NCBI GenBank assembly: GCA_951406725.2
Contig: OX597828.1
Location: forward strand, 21,204,001 to 21,268,000
From: Octopus vulgaris
Lineage: Eukaryota
Length of the DNA stretch: 64,000 nt
Direction of reading: 5' to 3'
Shown: positions 13,141 to 27,271 of the stretch, in pieces
Numbering within the stretch: the stretch's first letter is position 1
Layout: every line of letters starts with the position of its first letter
The notes under the pieces: model-generated
The model's input: only the letters and a program-made list of their open reading frames with translations
Told to the model about the DNA's origin: nothing
Database searches by the model: none
Program-made: the position numbers and the translations under genes

Positions 13141-14070
13141 AGAAAAGAAAATGGAGAGTTGAAAGTTAACAATTATTTATTAATAAAATGATACTTCATA
13201 ATTCCTACATCTGTTTCAATTGCGTTTATTAAATAAATTACAAATTTATGCTTTAAATTTGCATTTATAAGGTATGTACACAATATCACCAGGGAAAAAG
13301 ATAAACAGTAAAAGATTACTTATCAACTTCTTGGTTCATACTGGCAGTCAACATGTAATATTTTACTGTCTATCTTTTTCCCTACTGATATTGTGTACAT
13401 ACCTTATAAATGCAAATTTAAAGCATAAATTTGAAATTTATTTAATAAACACAATTGAAACAGATGTACGAAATATGAAGTTTAATTTTATATATAAATA
13501 ACTATTAACTTTCACCTTATTTTCTTTTCTTCTATTAAGTGAATACGGATTATATGCATGATATATACCTGTTGATTTAGAGAAATTCTTGGATGTCATC
13601 ATAACCTCTTAAAGGGATGATGACATCCAAGAATTTCTCTAAATCAACAGGTATATATCATGCATATAATCCGTATTCACTTAATAGAAGAAAAGAAAAT
13701 AAGGTGAAAGTTAATAGTTATTTATTAATAAAATTAAACTTCATATTTCGTACATCTGTTTCAATTGTGTTTATTAAATAAATTTCAAATTTATGCTTTA
13801 AATTTGCATTTATAAGGTATGTACACAATATCACCAGGCAAAAAGATAAGCAGTAAAAGATTACATGTTGACTGCCAGTATGAACAAAAAAATTGACAAG
13901 TAATCTTTTACTGTTTATCTTTTTCCCCGGTGATATTGTGTACATACCTTATAAATGCAAATTTAAAGCATAAATTTGTAATTTATTTAATAAACGCAAT
14001 TGAAACAGACGTAGGAATTATGAAGTATCATTATATTAATAAATAATTGTTAACTTTCAACTCTCCATTT

Positions 14071-14075
<5 letters not shown>
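13141..14075. repeat. ~935-bp imperfect palindrome (~460-bp arms, 14-nt spacer) made of Penelope-like terminal repeats with four hammerhead-like motifs
   Basis: 13141-13602 is the reverse complement of 13617-14075; each arm contains an internal inverted repeat; flanked by (TA)n. Confidence 0.9.
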
Positions 14076-14117
<42 letters not shown>

Positions 14118-14349
14118 TATATATGTATATATATGTATATATATACATATATATGGATGCATATATGTATGTATACATATACATGCATATACATACATAT
14201 ATATGTATATATATGTACATATATATGTATATATATATACACATACATATATATTATATATATATTATATATAATATATATATATGTAAATTTATATATG
14301 TATATATATATATACATATGTATATATATATACATACATACATACATAC

Positions 14350-14403
<54 letters not shown>

Positions 14404-14602
14404 GATGCCGTTTATAACCGCATTAAACTTTCTTCAGCTTGATCGATTCGGTGTATGTAACCAACTCTTATCTATTTGAACTCCGTCACCCTTCATTTGC
14501 CTTTGGGTTTTAGGTATCTTCCGGTTTCAGCACTTATTGCCTGTATCTATTATACGCCCTTTTTCTGACGTATTCTTACCAATTATATAAAGGTTTATGT
14601 GT

Positions 14603-14982
14603 GTCTGTGTGGTATGAAGCTTGCTTCCCAGCCACATAGTTCCGGGTTCAGTCCCACTGCGTGGCACCGCGGGCAAGTGTCTTTTACTATAGATTCGGGC
14701 CGACCAAAGCCTTATGAGTGGATCTGGTAGACGGAAACTGAAAGATGCCCGTCGTATATATCTATGTATATACGTTTGTGTGTCTGTGTTTACCCCCACC
14801 ATCGCTCGACAACCGATGTTTGTGTGTTGACGACCCCGTAACTTAGCGGTTCGGCAAAAGAAACCGATAGAATAAGTACTACGCATACAAAAAATAAGTC
14901 ATGGGGTCGATTTGTTCGACTGAAGGTGGTGCTCCAGCACAGCCGCAGCCAAGTGACTGAAACAAGTAAAAGAATAAAAGAG
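14603..14982 (+). mobile_element. SINE family 1, older copy
   Basis: Colinear with 12721-13130, more substitutions. Confidence 0.88.
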
Positions 14983-14996
14983 TATATATATTGATA

Positions 14997-15075
<79 letters not shown>

Positions 15076-15092
15076 ACATATATATATATATA

Positions 15093-15140
<48 letters not shown>

Positions 15141-15295
15141 TGCGCATGAGTGCAACTTGTATAACAACGATGACATGCAATACACCAGGCTTTTATAACG
15201 CAGAGAAGTGACAACAAAATCGTAGTGCATGGCGGAACGGCTCTGTATTTGAAATGGAAACTCCCACAGCTAACATGATTCTTATAAGAATATCC

Positions 15296-15351
<56 letters not shown>

Positions 15352-15879
15352 CGTGTGTGTATGTGTATTCGTGAGCTTGTGCGAAGGTCTGTAATTATAG
15401 CTTAATGATAAATATCATTTTTCGACCTCCCGACTCGAGATTCACACCAAGGCATATCTCAGACAGATCCAAAATGGCTACGAAAATTTGAAGCTTCTTC
15501 AAACTAACATTATATCAATATTAATTGGCGACTTAAATTTCACTCGGATTCAATGACCCGAAGCTTACATTAATCATGGAAGTTCTCATTTGATCAAACA
15601 ACAAGATATCTTAACATTAAATCAATATAACAGAGGATCTCTTCCTATAATAACCATCAATCATTATCGCAGACGACGAAAACATGTCGGACATAGTTTT
15701 CATAAACAAATTCACTGAAATTATTTTGTAGATCAACACCCGTGACATTTCTTAGGGTTTCGAAGACTAGGGAGGATAAAGGATAGAAGTTATTATCAGA
15801 ATGTTTAAATTAACTGAATGGTTGTAGTATAGTGTACTTCTTTTCTCTTTCTTTCTTAGTCGGCAATATACCCGAGAGG

Positions 15880-16243
15880 GCTTAAGCATGCTCCCATGTT
15901 GTGAGTTCATAGCAGTTTCAAGGGATGACCAGAATCCGTGAAAACAGTTCCCGTTAGTATTCGCTAGCCACCGTACACGACCGGTGGCTGGTCGTCCTCG
16001 TGTTACACCTTCACACCTCAGGATGCCCGCAGACGCGATACAACGCCACCAGGAAGCCTTCAGGTTCCGGAACAGGCGCCACCTGGAATTCCCCATTGCC
16101 TTACAGTTAGCCGGGTTGCAGCCCTAGCACCGCGGGTATCAGACCTGTCCGCCTTGGGTGACCTTACCAGGGACTCTAAGTCTCCGACGGCAGAGCTCTG
16201 ATATTCACTCGTTTAACCTCCCCACCACGACGAGGTCAAGGGT
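15880..16243 (-). mobile_element. Probable 5' end of an RTE-clade LINE
   Basis: GC-rich island; minus strand cctcgtcgtggtgggagg and ggtaaggtcacccaaggcggacaggtc resemble RTE 5' UTR motifs as I recall them. Confidence 0.5.
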
Positions 16244-16397
16244 TAGACTTTATATAGTATTCTTCGCCAAAGCTACTCCAAGTGCCATATAGTGGACTTA
16301 AATATGGCGACGGATTGAATCTAATATATATGGACGAGATGTACAACTAACTAACGAATTCATTTATCTTTGATTATAATATTATAGAGTCTTATAA

Positions 16398-16615
16398 GAC
16401 GGTGAGCTGTGAGATTCGTTACTGCGCCGGACTAAATGTTTAGTGACATTTCGTTCATCTTTCCGTTCTGAGTTCAAATTCCGCCTAGGTCATCTTTGCC
16501 TTTTATTCTTTCGAGGTCGATAAAATAAGTACCAGTTGAAAGTTGGGGTCGAGGTCATCAACTAACCCCATCCCCTGAAATAGCTGGCCTTGTGCTAAAA
16601 TTTGAAACCGATATT
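16398..16615 (+). mobile_element. tRNA-derived SINE family 2, tail A (old monomer)
   Basis: ggtgagctg head, gagttcaaattcc B box, ctttgccttt..gtcgataaaataagtaccag core, ggccttgtgc tail. Confidence 0.8.
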
Positions 16616-16660
16616 ACTGTGTTCTACCTACCTACCTACCTACCTACCTACCTACCTACC

Positions 16661-16723
<63 letters not shown>

Positions 16724-17143
16724 TTATCTGTCTGTCACGACATTTATTCACGACATTTATTCCGACTGTCCGCGATGTTAGTTCAATTCTTGCTCTGTCA
16801 TCGTAAAACACACACAAACACTCCGAAGAGACTTCTCGTAAGGATTTCTCCAACCGGTTTTTTATCAATCTTGTTTCCTTTAACAGCAACAAAATACAGA
16901 TGCCACTCGTTTCAAGGAAACATCATTTCAGCACAACTTCCATCCCTCCACATACTTAATCACGGATGGTACCCACCCAGGGCCCTCACAATTACCCCAA
17001 CTTATCGACTGGTATTTATTTCATCGACTGTGAAAAGGATGAAAGCCAAAATTGACCTCGAAGGAATTCGAACTTAGAGAGAATGGTAGGCGAATTGCCG
17101 CTAAGCTTCTTTTCCGGCATGCTAACGACTTTATATATATATA

Positions 17144-17660
17144 CAAGCAGTATCGCCCGGCGTTGCTCGGGTTTGTAAGGGAAATAACTATATAAGCATT
17201 TTTAGAGAGTTACTTCCTTTATAGATGTCAATTCGGGCTTTCTTAGCCATTTCTGTTTTGGTGTCTTCAAGCCATGAAGTCGTTGTTCTAAAAGAACGCT
17301 GGTCTCCTTGACAACGCTTTACGACGTTGATTTCCTTAAACTCCCTTCCCCACAGCTTCACGAGGGAGGGAAGAAGGGGGAGAAGCAAACACAGGTGCAG
17401 GTGTTTGAGCGTGGACGCCAACTCCGCCGCCATCGACACACGAAAAATTATGCATTAAAATGGAATAAAAAATGATGTTAAATTATTTTTAAAATCGTAG
17501 ACTCATCGTAGACGCGCGCTAATAGCCAGACGGGCTCGATATTAATCCCGACTATAAGATACCCGAATTTGGTTAAACTGCACCGCAAAATGTGGGAGGA
17601 GTTAGGAATCTAAATCGTAGGAGACAGACACTCACACAACTACAGTTTTATATATATAGA
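17144..17660 (-). mobile_element. Non-autonomous Helitron
   Basis: Minus strand starts A^TCtatatatataaaa and ends with the hairpin cccgagcaacgccggg followed by CTTG^T (CTAG-like); no TSD. Confidence 0.7.
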
Positions 17661-17674
17661 TATATGTATATTTA

Positions 17675-17871
17675 AAGGAAGAAGAAAATGGAGATTAGGA
17701 AGTTAATAATTGTTTATTATTAACAGCAAATTGATCTTCACTTACAGCCGTTTCAATTAATACTCAATAAACATTAAATTTACATTTATGCGACATGACC
17801 ATAATATCATCAGAAGGGAAAAGCTGTACCTTTGGATGCTATATGTGTTTCTGCGAATTCCTTTTAGCAGA

Positions 17872-17872
<1 letters not shown>
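17675..17872 (-). mobile_element. Penelope-like terminal-repeat fragment with hammerhead-like motif
   Basis: Minus strand ctt-CTGATGA-tattatg..taatt-GAAAC-ggct-GTA; related to the 13141 palindrome arms. Confidence 0.55.
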
Positions 17873-17967
<95 letters not shown>

Positions 17968-17970
<3 letters not shown>

Positions 17971-18161
17971 ATAGATCGTTAGCTCCTACACGCATTTTTT
18001 CTCTCCTTGTTTTTTTTTTCTGTGTATCTTTCTGTCGAAGAGCGTAAGCTCGAAACGTAAAAGACTTTTTCTATTTCTTTTCCTGAGCGCTATACTAATA
18101 CATTTGTTTGTTTGTACTCTACCTGCCTTCGTCTTTTGTTTATTTTCGTAAACTTTCCTGT

Positions 18162-18165
<4 letters not shown>
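17968..18165 (+). mobile_element. Short Penelope-like repeat with minimal hammerhead (18027-18064), in (TA)n
   Basis: tcttt-CTGTCGAA-gagc gtaa gctc-GAAA-c-GTA-aaaga; the same family recurs at 34995-35175(-), 35540-35770 and 44075-44285. Confidence 0.7.
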
Positions 18166-18258
<93 letters not shown>

Positions 18259-18385
18259 CGCGAAGTATATTTGCCACGTAAATGTAGCAGACCCATAGGG
18301 GACGACGCTACTGTTGTTTATAGCCACAGGAAGACATATCATTCAGCTGGCTAATGATATATTTAGGTGGCAAATATACTTCACG
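18259..18385. repeat. MITE-like unit with ~25-bp terminal inverted repeats
   Basis: cgcgaagtatatttgccacgtaaat ... atttaggtggcaaatatacttcacg. Confidence 0.6.
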
Positions 18386-18456
18386 ATTCCGTGCTGCTAC
18401 TGTTTATTTCTCGCTCAGAGATGTATTATTGCTTGTTTCTCCTTATATATATATGA

Positions 18457-18548
<92 letters not shown>

Positions 18549-18612
18549 TTTAAAAGTCTGTTATCAGCATATTGGCACAGAAATTAATTTTCTTTTGCCC
18601 TTGTTTATAAGT

Positions 18613-18644
<32 letters not shown>

Positions 18645-19019
18645 CAAACACGCATGTTATTATCTCAAATATTATATCTTCGATTGTGTTCCATAGTTTA
18701 TCAAGTTTATCAAGTAAATTTATGTCTTCGATTTTGTTCCATACTCTGGAGCGTTGCACTAATGTAGGTAGTTACTTTTGTGTTAATATGTAAATGAGAT
18801 GTGACATATTCAGAGTAAAATGCAGAAAAGCATAAATTTCACATGTAGTTCATAATCTAATTATTCTCTACATCTCTTTGAATGAAATACAATATCGTTT
18901 AATGTTTTAACATTGTTTTTAAGTTTAACGATGTTTTATCAATTGAACTCTTAATTACTGTAGATATATATTTTGATCTTTATACATCAGTTCTGTGTAG
19001 AGGCATAGAAAAATGTTCC

Positions 19020-20176
19020 GCGCGTCTATTCTTCTATCTTCACTATCTGTCACATTCTAATCACATGTCAATAATACCGGAACTACAAACTCTCAATGCG
19101 GTGAAGTAGGGGTTCGATCTGGACAGAATTCCTGATCTTCAGGAATCGTACCCTGTTGAGTAATATTACTCCAGAGATTCTCGGAGAGACCTGATTTCGG
19201 CCACTTGCACTCGCAGTCGTACTCTTTCGGTTGTTACCCAACCTTCATGACCATAGGTAAGGATCACTTGTCAAGATTATCTCTGAGGATTTTCTAGGAA
19301 ATTATAATCATCACTGATTTTGCTAAACGCTTTTATAAGTCAATGCTGTGTCCTACCATGTTATTCTATCATGTTCTACCATGTTATTCTACCATGTTCT
19401 CCCATGTTATTCTACCATGGTCTCCCATGTTATTCTACCACGTTCTATGTTATTCTACCATGTTCTCCCATGTTATTCTCCCATGTTCTCCCATGTTATT
19501 CTACCACGTTCTCCCATGTTATTCTACCATGTTCTCCCATGTTCTCCCATGTTATTCTACCATGTTCTACCATGTTACTCTACCATGTTTTCCCATGTTA
19601 TTCTACCATGTTCTCCCATGTTATTCTCCTATGTTCTTCCATGTTATTCTACCACGTTATACTATGTTATTCTACCACGTTATACTATGTTATTCTACCA
19701 TGTTCTCCCATGTTATTCTACCACGTTCTACTATGTTATTCTACCATGTTCTACCATGTTATTCTACCATGTTCTACCATATTATTCTACCATGTTCTAC
19801 CATGTTATTCTACCTTGTTCTCCCATGTTAGCAGTGCTATTACATAAGCGCATTGATATACTTTGTAGCATATGGCTGCATAACGAAATACGGTGTCCCT
19901 ACAGGTCATTAATAGGTAAGGATAGGCACGAAAAACAGAACTGAAGATTGCAAGTTTGGCTCTTTTGCCAACTTCTCTTCTGAGAATCGAATGCTGTAGT
20001 TGACGCATTCTTGTACCATTTCCTGCAATCCTAGCATCCAATTTAGCCTTCTGTTGTCTCCCATAACTCGTCAATATGGCCCCGAGATACTTAAATGTCT
20101 CCATTTGTCTTAGGCACGTTCTGTTAATATGCAGAGTGCATTGGGAAGACTTTCTTGAGAGGACCAATGTCTCCAA
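19020..20176 (-). mobile_element. Decayed RTE-clade LINE RT C-terminal fragment, split by an insertion
   Basis: METFKYLGAILTSYGR..LDARI..KRAKLAIFSSVF, resuming near 19258 with YGHEGWVTTERVR..HVIRM. Confidence 0.8.
19350..19830. repeat. Minisatellite of ccatgttattcta / ccatgttct(c/a) units
   Basis: Direct reading of the tandem degenerate units. Confidence 0.95.
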
Positions 20177-20667
20177 TTAATTCCTATTAAGTCTAATATC
20201 TTATTTTTTATCGTTTACTTGTTTCAGCCATTAAACTGCGGCCATGCTAGAACACCGCACCGAAGGGTTTTAGTCAAACAGATCGATGCCAACAAAACTT
20301 GACAAGATTACTGGATCTGTGCCTTTATAATCTGCCATTATTAACGAATTAGACATGGAAAAGATGAAGTATGAAATATTATATATGAATTATACCTCAC
20401 TAATCACATTCACACATCGATTAACATCTTGTATTTCTTATAACTATAATCTTGGTTTCAAATTACAGCTATAAATCAGTGAATGTATATATTTTTTAAG
20501 GGAAGTCTGATATAATCTGGGATCACCGCATTCTTTCTGATGATCACCGTATTCACGGCAATACGTGACGTCCATCGTCACACAACAATGAGCTCACTGA
20601 TAATGATGTAGAGGTCTGAAAAAAAAATGGTGAAAATATTTGTGGAAGAGAATGAAAAGATAAATAA

Positions 20668-21430
20668 TTTTTCTACTCTAGGCACAATGACCAAAATTTT
20701 GGGGAAGGGGGCCAGTCAATTAGATCGACCCAGCACGCAACTGGTACTTAATTTATCGACTCCAAAAGGATGAACGGCAAAGGCGATCTCGGAGGAATTT
20801 GAACTCAGAACGTAAAGACAGACGAAATACCTATTTCTTTACTGCCCACAAAGAGTTACACACAGAGAGGACAAACAAGGACAGACAAACGGATTCAGTC
20901 GATTATATCGACTCCAGTGCGTAACTGGTACTTATTTAATCGACCCCGAAAGGATGAAAGGCAAAGTCGACCTCGGCGGGATTTGAACTCAGAACGTAAC
21001 GGCAGACGAAATACCTATTTCTTTATTATCCACAAGGGGCTAAACATAGAGGGGACAAACAAGGACAGACAAAGGTATTAAGTCAATTACATCGACCCCA
21101 GTGCGTAACTGGTACTTAATTTCTTCGACCTCCGAAAGGATGAAAGGCAAAGTCGACCCCGGCCGAATTTGAACTCACAACGTAACGCAGACGAAATACC
21201 TATTTCTTTATTACCCACAAGGGGCTAAACACAGAGGGGACAAACAAGGACAGACATAGGTATTAAGTCGATTATATCGACCCCAGTGCTTAACTGGTAC
21301 TTAATTTATCGACCCCGAAAGGATGAATGGCAAAGTCGACCTCGGCGGAATTTGAACTCACAACGTAACGCAGACGAAATACCGCTAAGCATTTCGTCCG
21401 GCGTGCTAACGTTTCTGCCAGCTCGCCGCT
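20668..21430 (-). mobile_element. SINE family 2 tandem array: head + 3 tail-B units + terminal tail-A unit
   Basis: ~185-bp period; junctions read gaaatacc|tatttcttt near 20830, 21015 and 21200 on plus. Confidence 0.92.
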
Positions 21431-22279
21431 TTAACGCAAAGACAAATAATAACGGACAACTGTTGTAGCAATGATAAAACTATGAATACAAACAAACAAC
21501 AGAGCTAAAAGAAACATTGATAACAGTTATTTATCGATGTAGAGATAACAGACTGCAGCCATAAGAACAACGTGTAGCAGTGTGATGAAGAAGATAACAG
21601 AGAATAACGTAAAAGATACAATGAGCTAAAACAGCTAATTATACCACGGTATGATATCGAGATAACAGACATTATCTATTGCGGTGTGATTAAAAGAATG
21701 CAGATAAAGAACGATGCTGGGTTTAACGATAACAGCTACGATAGCAAAATGGTGTGGAATGGAAGGAGAGAGAAATGTTAGAAATGAGAGAAAGAGAACC
21801 TCCCTCCCACCAAAATAGAAAAACACACACACACACACACAAAACAAAAACAAGATCAAACTCTTTGAACAGGTATAACAATATTTCAATAGGAGTAATA
21901 CAACAGGGTGTAGATTTATATAAGAGCAAATTCATTAAATATAACAAGGTGTAAATCAAATGACATCAAACTCCTATTAAATCTAACACCTTTAATGATT
22001 TACATCAAATATAATAATGGTATTCTAGGCGTAAATGTCAACCTTCAACAGCTCTTAAATAAAGGGTGTGATTTTATAACCCTTATCTCTTGTTAAATAT
22101 AACACAGTATTAATATATAATATATAAGCCTAGTCCCTTGCAACAAGGTGTTAATCGATAGCAATCAAGTGTTATTAAATATAACAATGAGTAAATGACC
22201 ACGAGGGCTGCAGTATAAATAAATAAATAAGTAGTTCTACAGCTAGCCAACAAATACATCTAAAAAGGAAGGCCACATT

Positions 22280-22590
22280 AAGTAGTGAAGTCTGGGGTCT
22301 GCATGAGAAGGGTGTCCGTGGAACATTACGGTTTCTCGGTTTCCTTGGCGTATAGGTTCCCCACTTGGACGGGACGCCGGCCCATCGCAGGAAAGCTGCA
22401 AAATGCAAGAGGAAAGAGTGAGAGAAAGTTGTGGCGAGTCAGCAGAAGTTCGCCATTACCTTCTGCCGGAGCCGCGTGGAGTTTAGGTGTTTCGCTCATA
22501 AACACACACATCGCCCTGTCTGAGAGATTTATACCCGCAATCCCTCGACCGCGAGTCCGCTGCTCTAACCACTATGCCATGTGCCTCCAC
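22280..22590 (-). mobile_element. tRNA-derived SINE family 4
   Basis: Minus strand ggaggcacatggcatagtggttagagcagcggactcgcgg; body gagcgaaacacctaa shared with 49315-49615. Confidence 0.8.
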
Positions 22591-23324
22591 CCTATCAAAT
22601 ATAAGAATACATATTTAACACCAAGTGTCCGTGGAACAATACAAGGAGTAGACGTGCGTATAACATGGAACTCCCGAAATGCCCAGTTTATGTTAAAGAT
22701 GACACAGAGTATATTTATATCATGTAACTCTTGTTGACAACATCATAGAAGGTACCCTCTAATATCAAGCATCAACATTTTACGAAATATTTCGTACATC
22801 AACCCCAAGCAATTGTTAACAATAAAATTGAGGCCATACTCCGTACAACAACACACCCAGTCACTATATTTATAACATTCAACAATTGATCATGTCATGC
22901 GATCTACTGATATCATTCAGCTTTCATTAACAATAATATACTAATTAACATCGACCAACTAAACATAACAGAGTGACTATTTAATAGTCTGAACTCATAT
23001 ATTAACAATAAATTCACTTATTTGTCATCTAACTACTGGCAAAATTTAATACATTTTAGAATTACAACTTTTATCTCTTTTGATCATAAAAATGACAAAC
23101 AAACAAAGAGTATTCATAAACAACTAGTTCATGCTGTAAATAACTTCGATATTATTAATACAGCGGCAACAATTGTTTCTCCATTAACGTAGAGGGCGTT
23201 TATAACAGCTTGTCATAAGAAGATTGTATGTACAACATTTGTAACAACAGCGCTTGATTTATGCACTACGCTGACTTTATAACATAGACCACTTGCTAAA
23301 ATTGACTTAGCTATATCAGCACAT

Positions 23325-24465
23325 TATTTTCTACTCTAGGCACAAGGCCCGAAATTTTTTGGGAGGGGAGCCAATCGATTAGATCGAATCCAGTACGCAA
23401 CTGGTACTTAATTTATCCGAAAGGATGAAAGGCAAAGGCAACCTTGGTGGAATTTGAACTCAGAACGTAAATGCCGCGCAGCACTTCGCCCGGCGTGCTA
23501 ACGTTTCTTATTTCTTTACTTCCCACAAGGGGTATAAATATAGAGGGTACGAACAAGGACAGACAAACGGATTAAGTCGATTAGTAACTGGTACTTATTT
23601 AATCGACCCCGAAAGGATGAAAGGCAAAGTCGATCTCGGCGGAACTTGAACTCAGAACGTAGCTGCAGACGAAATACCTATTTCTTTATTACCCACAAGG
23701 GACTAAACATAGAGGGGACAACAAGGACAGACAAACGGATTAAGTCGATTATATCGACCCCAGTGCGTAACTGGTACTTATTTAATCGACCCCGAAAGGA
23801 TGAAAGGCAAAGTCGACCTCGGCGGAATTTGAACTCAGAACGTAAAGGCAGATGAAATACCTATTTCTTTACTACCCACAAGGGGCTAAACACAGAGGGG
23901 ACAAACAAGGACAGACAAACGGATTAAGTCGATTATATCGACCCCAGTGCGTAACTGGTACTTATTTAATCGACACCCGAAAGGATGAAAGGCAAAGTCG
24001 ACCTCGGCGGAACTTGAACTCAGAACGTAGCTGCAGATGAAATACCTATTTCTTTACTACCCACAAGGGGCTAAACACAGAGGGGACAAACAAGGACAGA
24101 CAAACGGATTAAGTCGATTATATCGACCCCAGTGCGTAACTGGTACTTATTTAATCGACCCCGAAAGGATGAAAGGCAAAGTCGACCTCGGCGGAATTTG
24201 AACTCAGAACATAAAGGCAGATGAAATACCTATTTCTTTACTACCCACAAGGGGCTAAACACAGAGGGGACAAACAAGGACAGACAAACGGATTAAGTCG
24301 ATTATATCGACCCCAGTGCGTAACTGGTACTTATTTAATCGACCCCCGAAATGATGAAAGGCAAAGTCGACCTCGGCGGAATTTAAACTCAGAACGAAGC
24401 TGTAGACGAAATACCACTAAGCATTTCGCCCGGCGTGTTAACGTTTCTGCCAGCTCGCCACCTTG
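23325..24465 (-). mobile_element. SINE family 2 tandem array: head + 5 tail-B units + terminal tail-A unit
   Basis: gaaatac recurs at 23671, 23854, 24039, 24223 and 24408 (183-185 bp period). Confidence 0.95.
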
Positions 24466-24680
24466 CTACATCAGCACATTGTTACTATTATCAATAACAT
24501 GAAGATTACATAAATTACATCTAATAATCAAATGTTGTAAATTATTAACATTGAAACGCCAATGTTGTTAATGGAAATTACTCCTCGCATTCAGTGCTTG
24601 TTAACAATAAACATGAAGAATATATCTAAAACAACACATAACCGATTGCTATTAATAACATGAAGCCGACATATATAATA

Positions 24681-25045
24681 CTAGCTGACCACGTGACGTC
24701 TATAATGACGGCTAATTGTAGTATTTTATATATAAACAAGGTACAAAATAAGATACATAATCACACATGCAAACTTCCCATACTTCCCTTGTACACGCAC
24801 ACACACACACACATATACTCACACAGAGTTGAAATGCTGATTTTTTTCACCCCTTCCTTCCTTCCTTAGTCATGTATCCCCCCTTCCTTTCTCTCATTGT
24901 TATTACTTTCTCTCGTTCCCTCTCAGTCAGGGCTATTACTCTCACTACTTCTCCTTCACTGAATTACTATTTTCTCTCCTCCTCCGCGTCCGGCGTTATT
25001 CTGGACAACTATATAAAAAACACTACGCTCATTATTATATAAAGA
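24681..25045 (-). mobile_element. Possible old Helitron relic
   Basis: Minus strand begins TCtttatataataa and ends cagCTAG^T; 3' hairpin is weak. Confidence 0.3.
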
Positions 25046-25779
25046 AATGTAATATTCAGGAGTTATTCACAATAACATGGACACTATAAACACTCAGCCC
25101 CCGGGTTAACACCTAATAACCAGCATCTTTTAAGTATGACATTGGCATATTTCATAAACAGCCATCGGTCAGCTAAATATAACATGGCGATCTATCATAA
25201 ACAAGCATCTTCTTCTGAGAGAATATTGGATAGCTTTTACAACAGCAGTAACCTCCTGAAGAATGTAACGATGTCACTTTATGAACCAGCTGATATAAAA
25301 TAACCTTAAGATTATTTACAACTTTATTTACGATTTTACGAATTTGTTACCAGCCTCATATTGACTTTTGATATGCCCAGCTCTTATCTAAAACAACAGT
25401 GATTATATTAACTAATCATATCTTACAAAAGAACTGTCAAGTCTAGAACACCCTGTTCCTTCTACACCAAGACGCTCTTAATAACGCGGTTGCATTTACA
25501 ACCATCAACTTTTGATTTCAATATTGCATTTGAGGTGATAATAACAACTATCTCCTGATATAATTACTGCATTAGAGACTTCTATTTATGTACTAATTGC
25601 AATTGTGTTGTACAGATTATAACAACCAGCTCTTGATCATAAATACACTGTTTTATAGTCATAAGAAGGGTGCAAATTATAACACCCATCTCATGATTGT
25701 AACTACACTGTGCAGTCTATAGTACCCTCCGTGATCATAACTAGCTTGTATAAACTGTAACGTCTTTCGTGATCCTATC

Positions 25780-26185
25780 TATATTTTTTTCTGCTCTAGG
25801 CACAAGGCCCGACATTTTTGAGGAGGGAGCCAGTCGATTAGATCGACCCCAGGACTCAACTGGTACTTATTTTATCGACCCCCGAAAGAATGAAAAGCAA
25901 AGTCGACCACAACGGAATTTGAACTCAGAACGTAAAGACAGACGAAATATCTATTTCTTTACTACCCACAAGGGGCTAAACACAGAGGAGACAAACAAGG
26001 ACAGACAGACGGATTAAGTCGATTATATCGACCCCAGTGCGTAACTGGTACTTTTTTAATCGACCCCGAAAGGATGAACGGCAAAGTCGACCACGGCGGA
26101 ATTTGAACTCAGAACGTAGCGGCAGACGAAATACGGCTGCGCATTTCGCCCGGCATGCTAACGTTTCTGCCAGGTCGCCGCCTTG
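25780..26185 (-). mobile_element. SINE family 2 dimer: one tail-B unit + one tail-A unit
   Basis: Same architecture, junction near 25951. Confidence 0.9.
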
Positions 26186-26706
26186 TGATTCTAACTATAT
26201 CGTACAGACTATAACATCTTCCGTGACCATAACTACTTTGTATAGACTAATAAATGCTTCATGTTCATAAGTGCATTGTAGAGACTATAACTTCATCTAC
26301 GTTCATAGTTAAATCGTATAAGTTATAGACCCTGTCACGTGATCCTAACTACACTGTAGACACAAGCACATCCATCTTGTTAGCATAACTACATTGTACA
26401 GACAGTAACATCAATCTTGCGCCCATAACTATATTCTAGATACAATAACAGCTCTCTCGTGACCTTACATTCATTTTAGTAACTGTAACATCCATCTCCT
26501 GCAATACATATACATACATGTCTATACGTTTGTTATATACGAAAAAAAAAAAAGAATAAAAATCTTGGATGATAGCAACAAGGTCCTCAGTATTAAAAGA
26601 ATTTGATTTACAATATTCAAAAATTAAACAAAACTAAATGTAAGTAGAATACGGATCGTGCATAACAGGTAAATCTAAAGATCCTTTGGCAGAATTTCGA
26701 TATATC

Positions 26707-26756
<50 letters not shown>

Positions 26757-26759
<3 letters not shown>

Positions 26760-27136
26760 TACCGTCAGAAATTAATTAGCACCCTTGATTTGCTCTTCAC
26801 TCAAGGTATGTGCTGTCACCTAGTGGCCATATCTCGAACTATTGCTTTGTTGCGAGTTCACTGTTGCGCAGAACGATGACGTAACTTTGTTTGCAGAGCA
26901 GTTTGAGAGTCTACAGCCTTATGATGTTGACATAGCAGTGCAACAACAACTTGGAGTGCGGATGCAGACAAATCTTCCTTTGTTTAATAGATATAGGTAG
27001 CGCCTCGCAAGGACCGAAATCACACCATACTAAGTTTTCTCATCGCGTAAGACGTTTTGAACAGCTCATAGGTTAATTGATTTAACCTATTTAATGTAGA
27101 AATTTGAGAAGTGCTAATTAATTTCTGACGCAAGTG
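26757..27136. mobile_element. Tc1/mariner-type MITE
   Basis: TIRs cactaccgtcagaaattaattagcac / gtgctaattaatttctgacgcaagtg followed by TA. Confidence 0.8.
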
Positions 27137-27271
27137 TATATGTATTTGGATATACAAATGGTTGATAAAACGAGCCTCCACACAGTTTTGGATCCGTTTA
27201 CTGAAATATCTTTGCAATAATCGTCACCACATTCATTTACGTTTATTATTATATCGTTCTTTGTTTCTTGG

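Noticed and set aside
19320-19944. Three overlapping 160-200 aa ORFs
   Set aside because: Stop-poor minisatellite inserted in an RTE relic.
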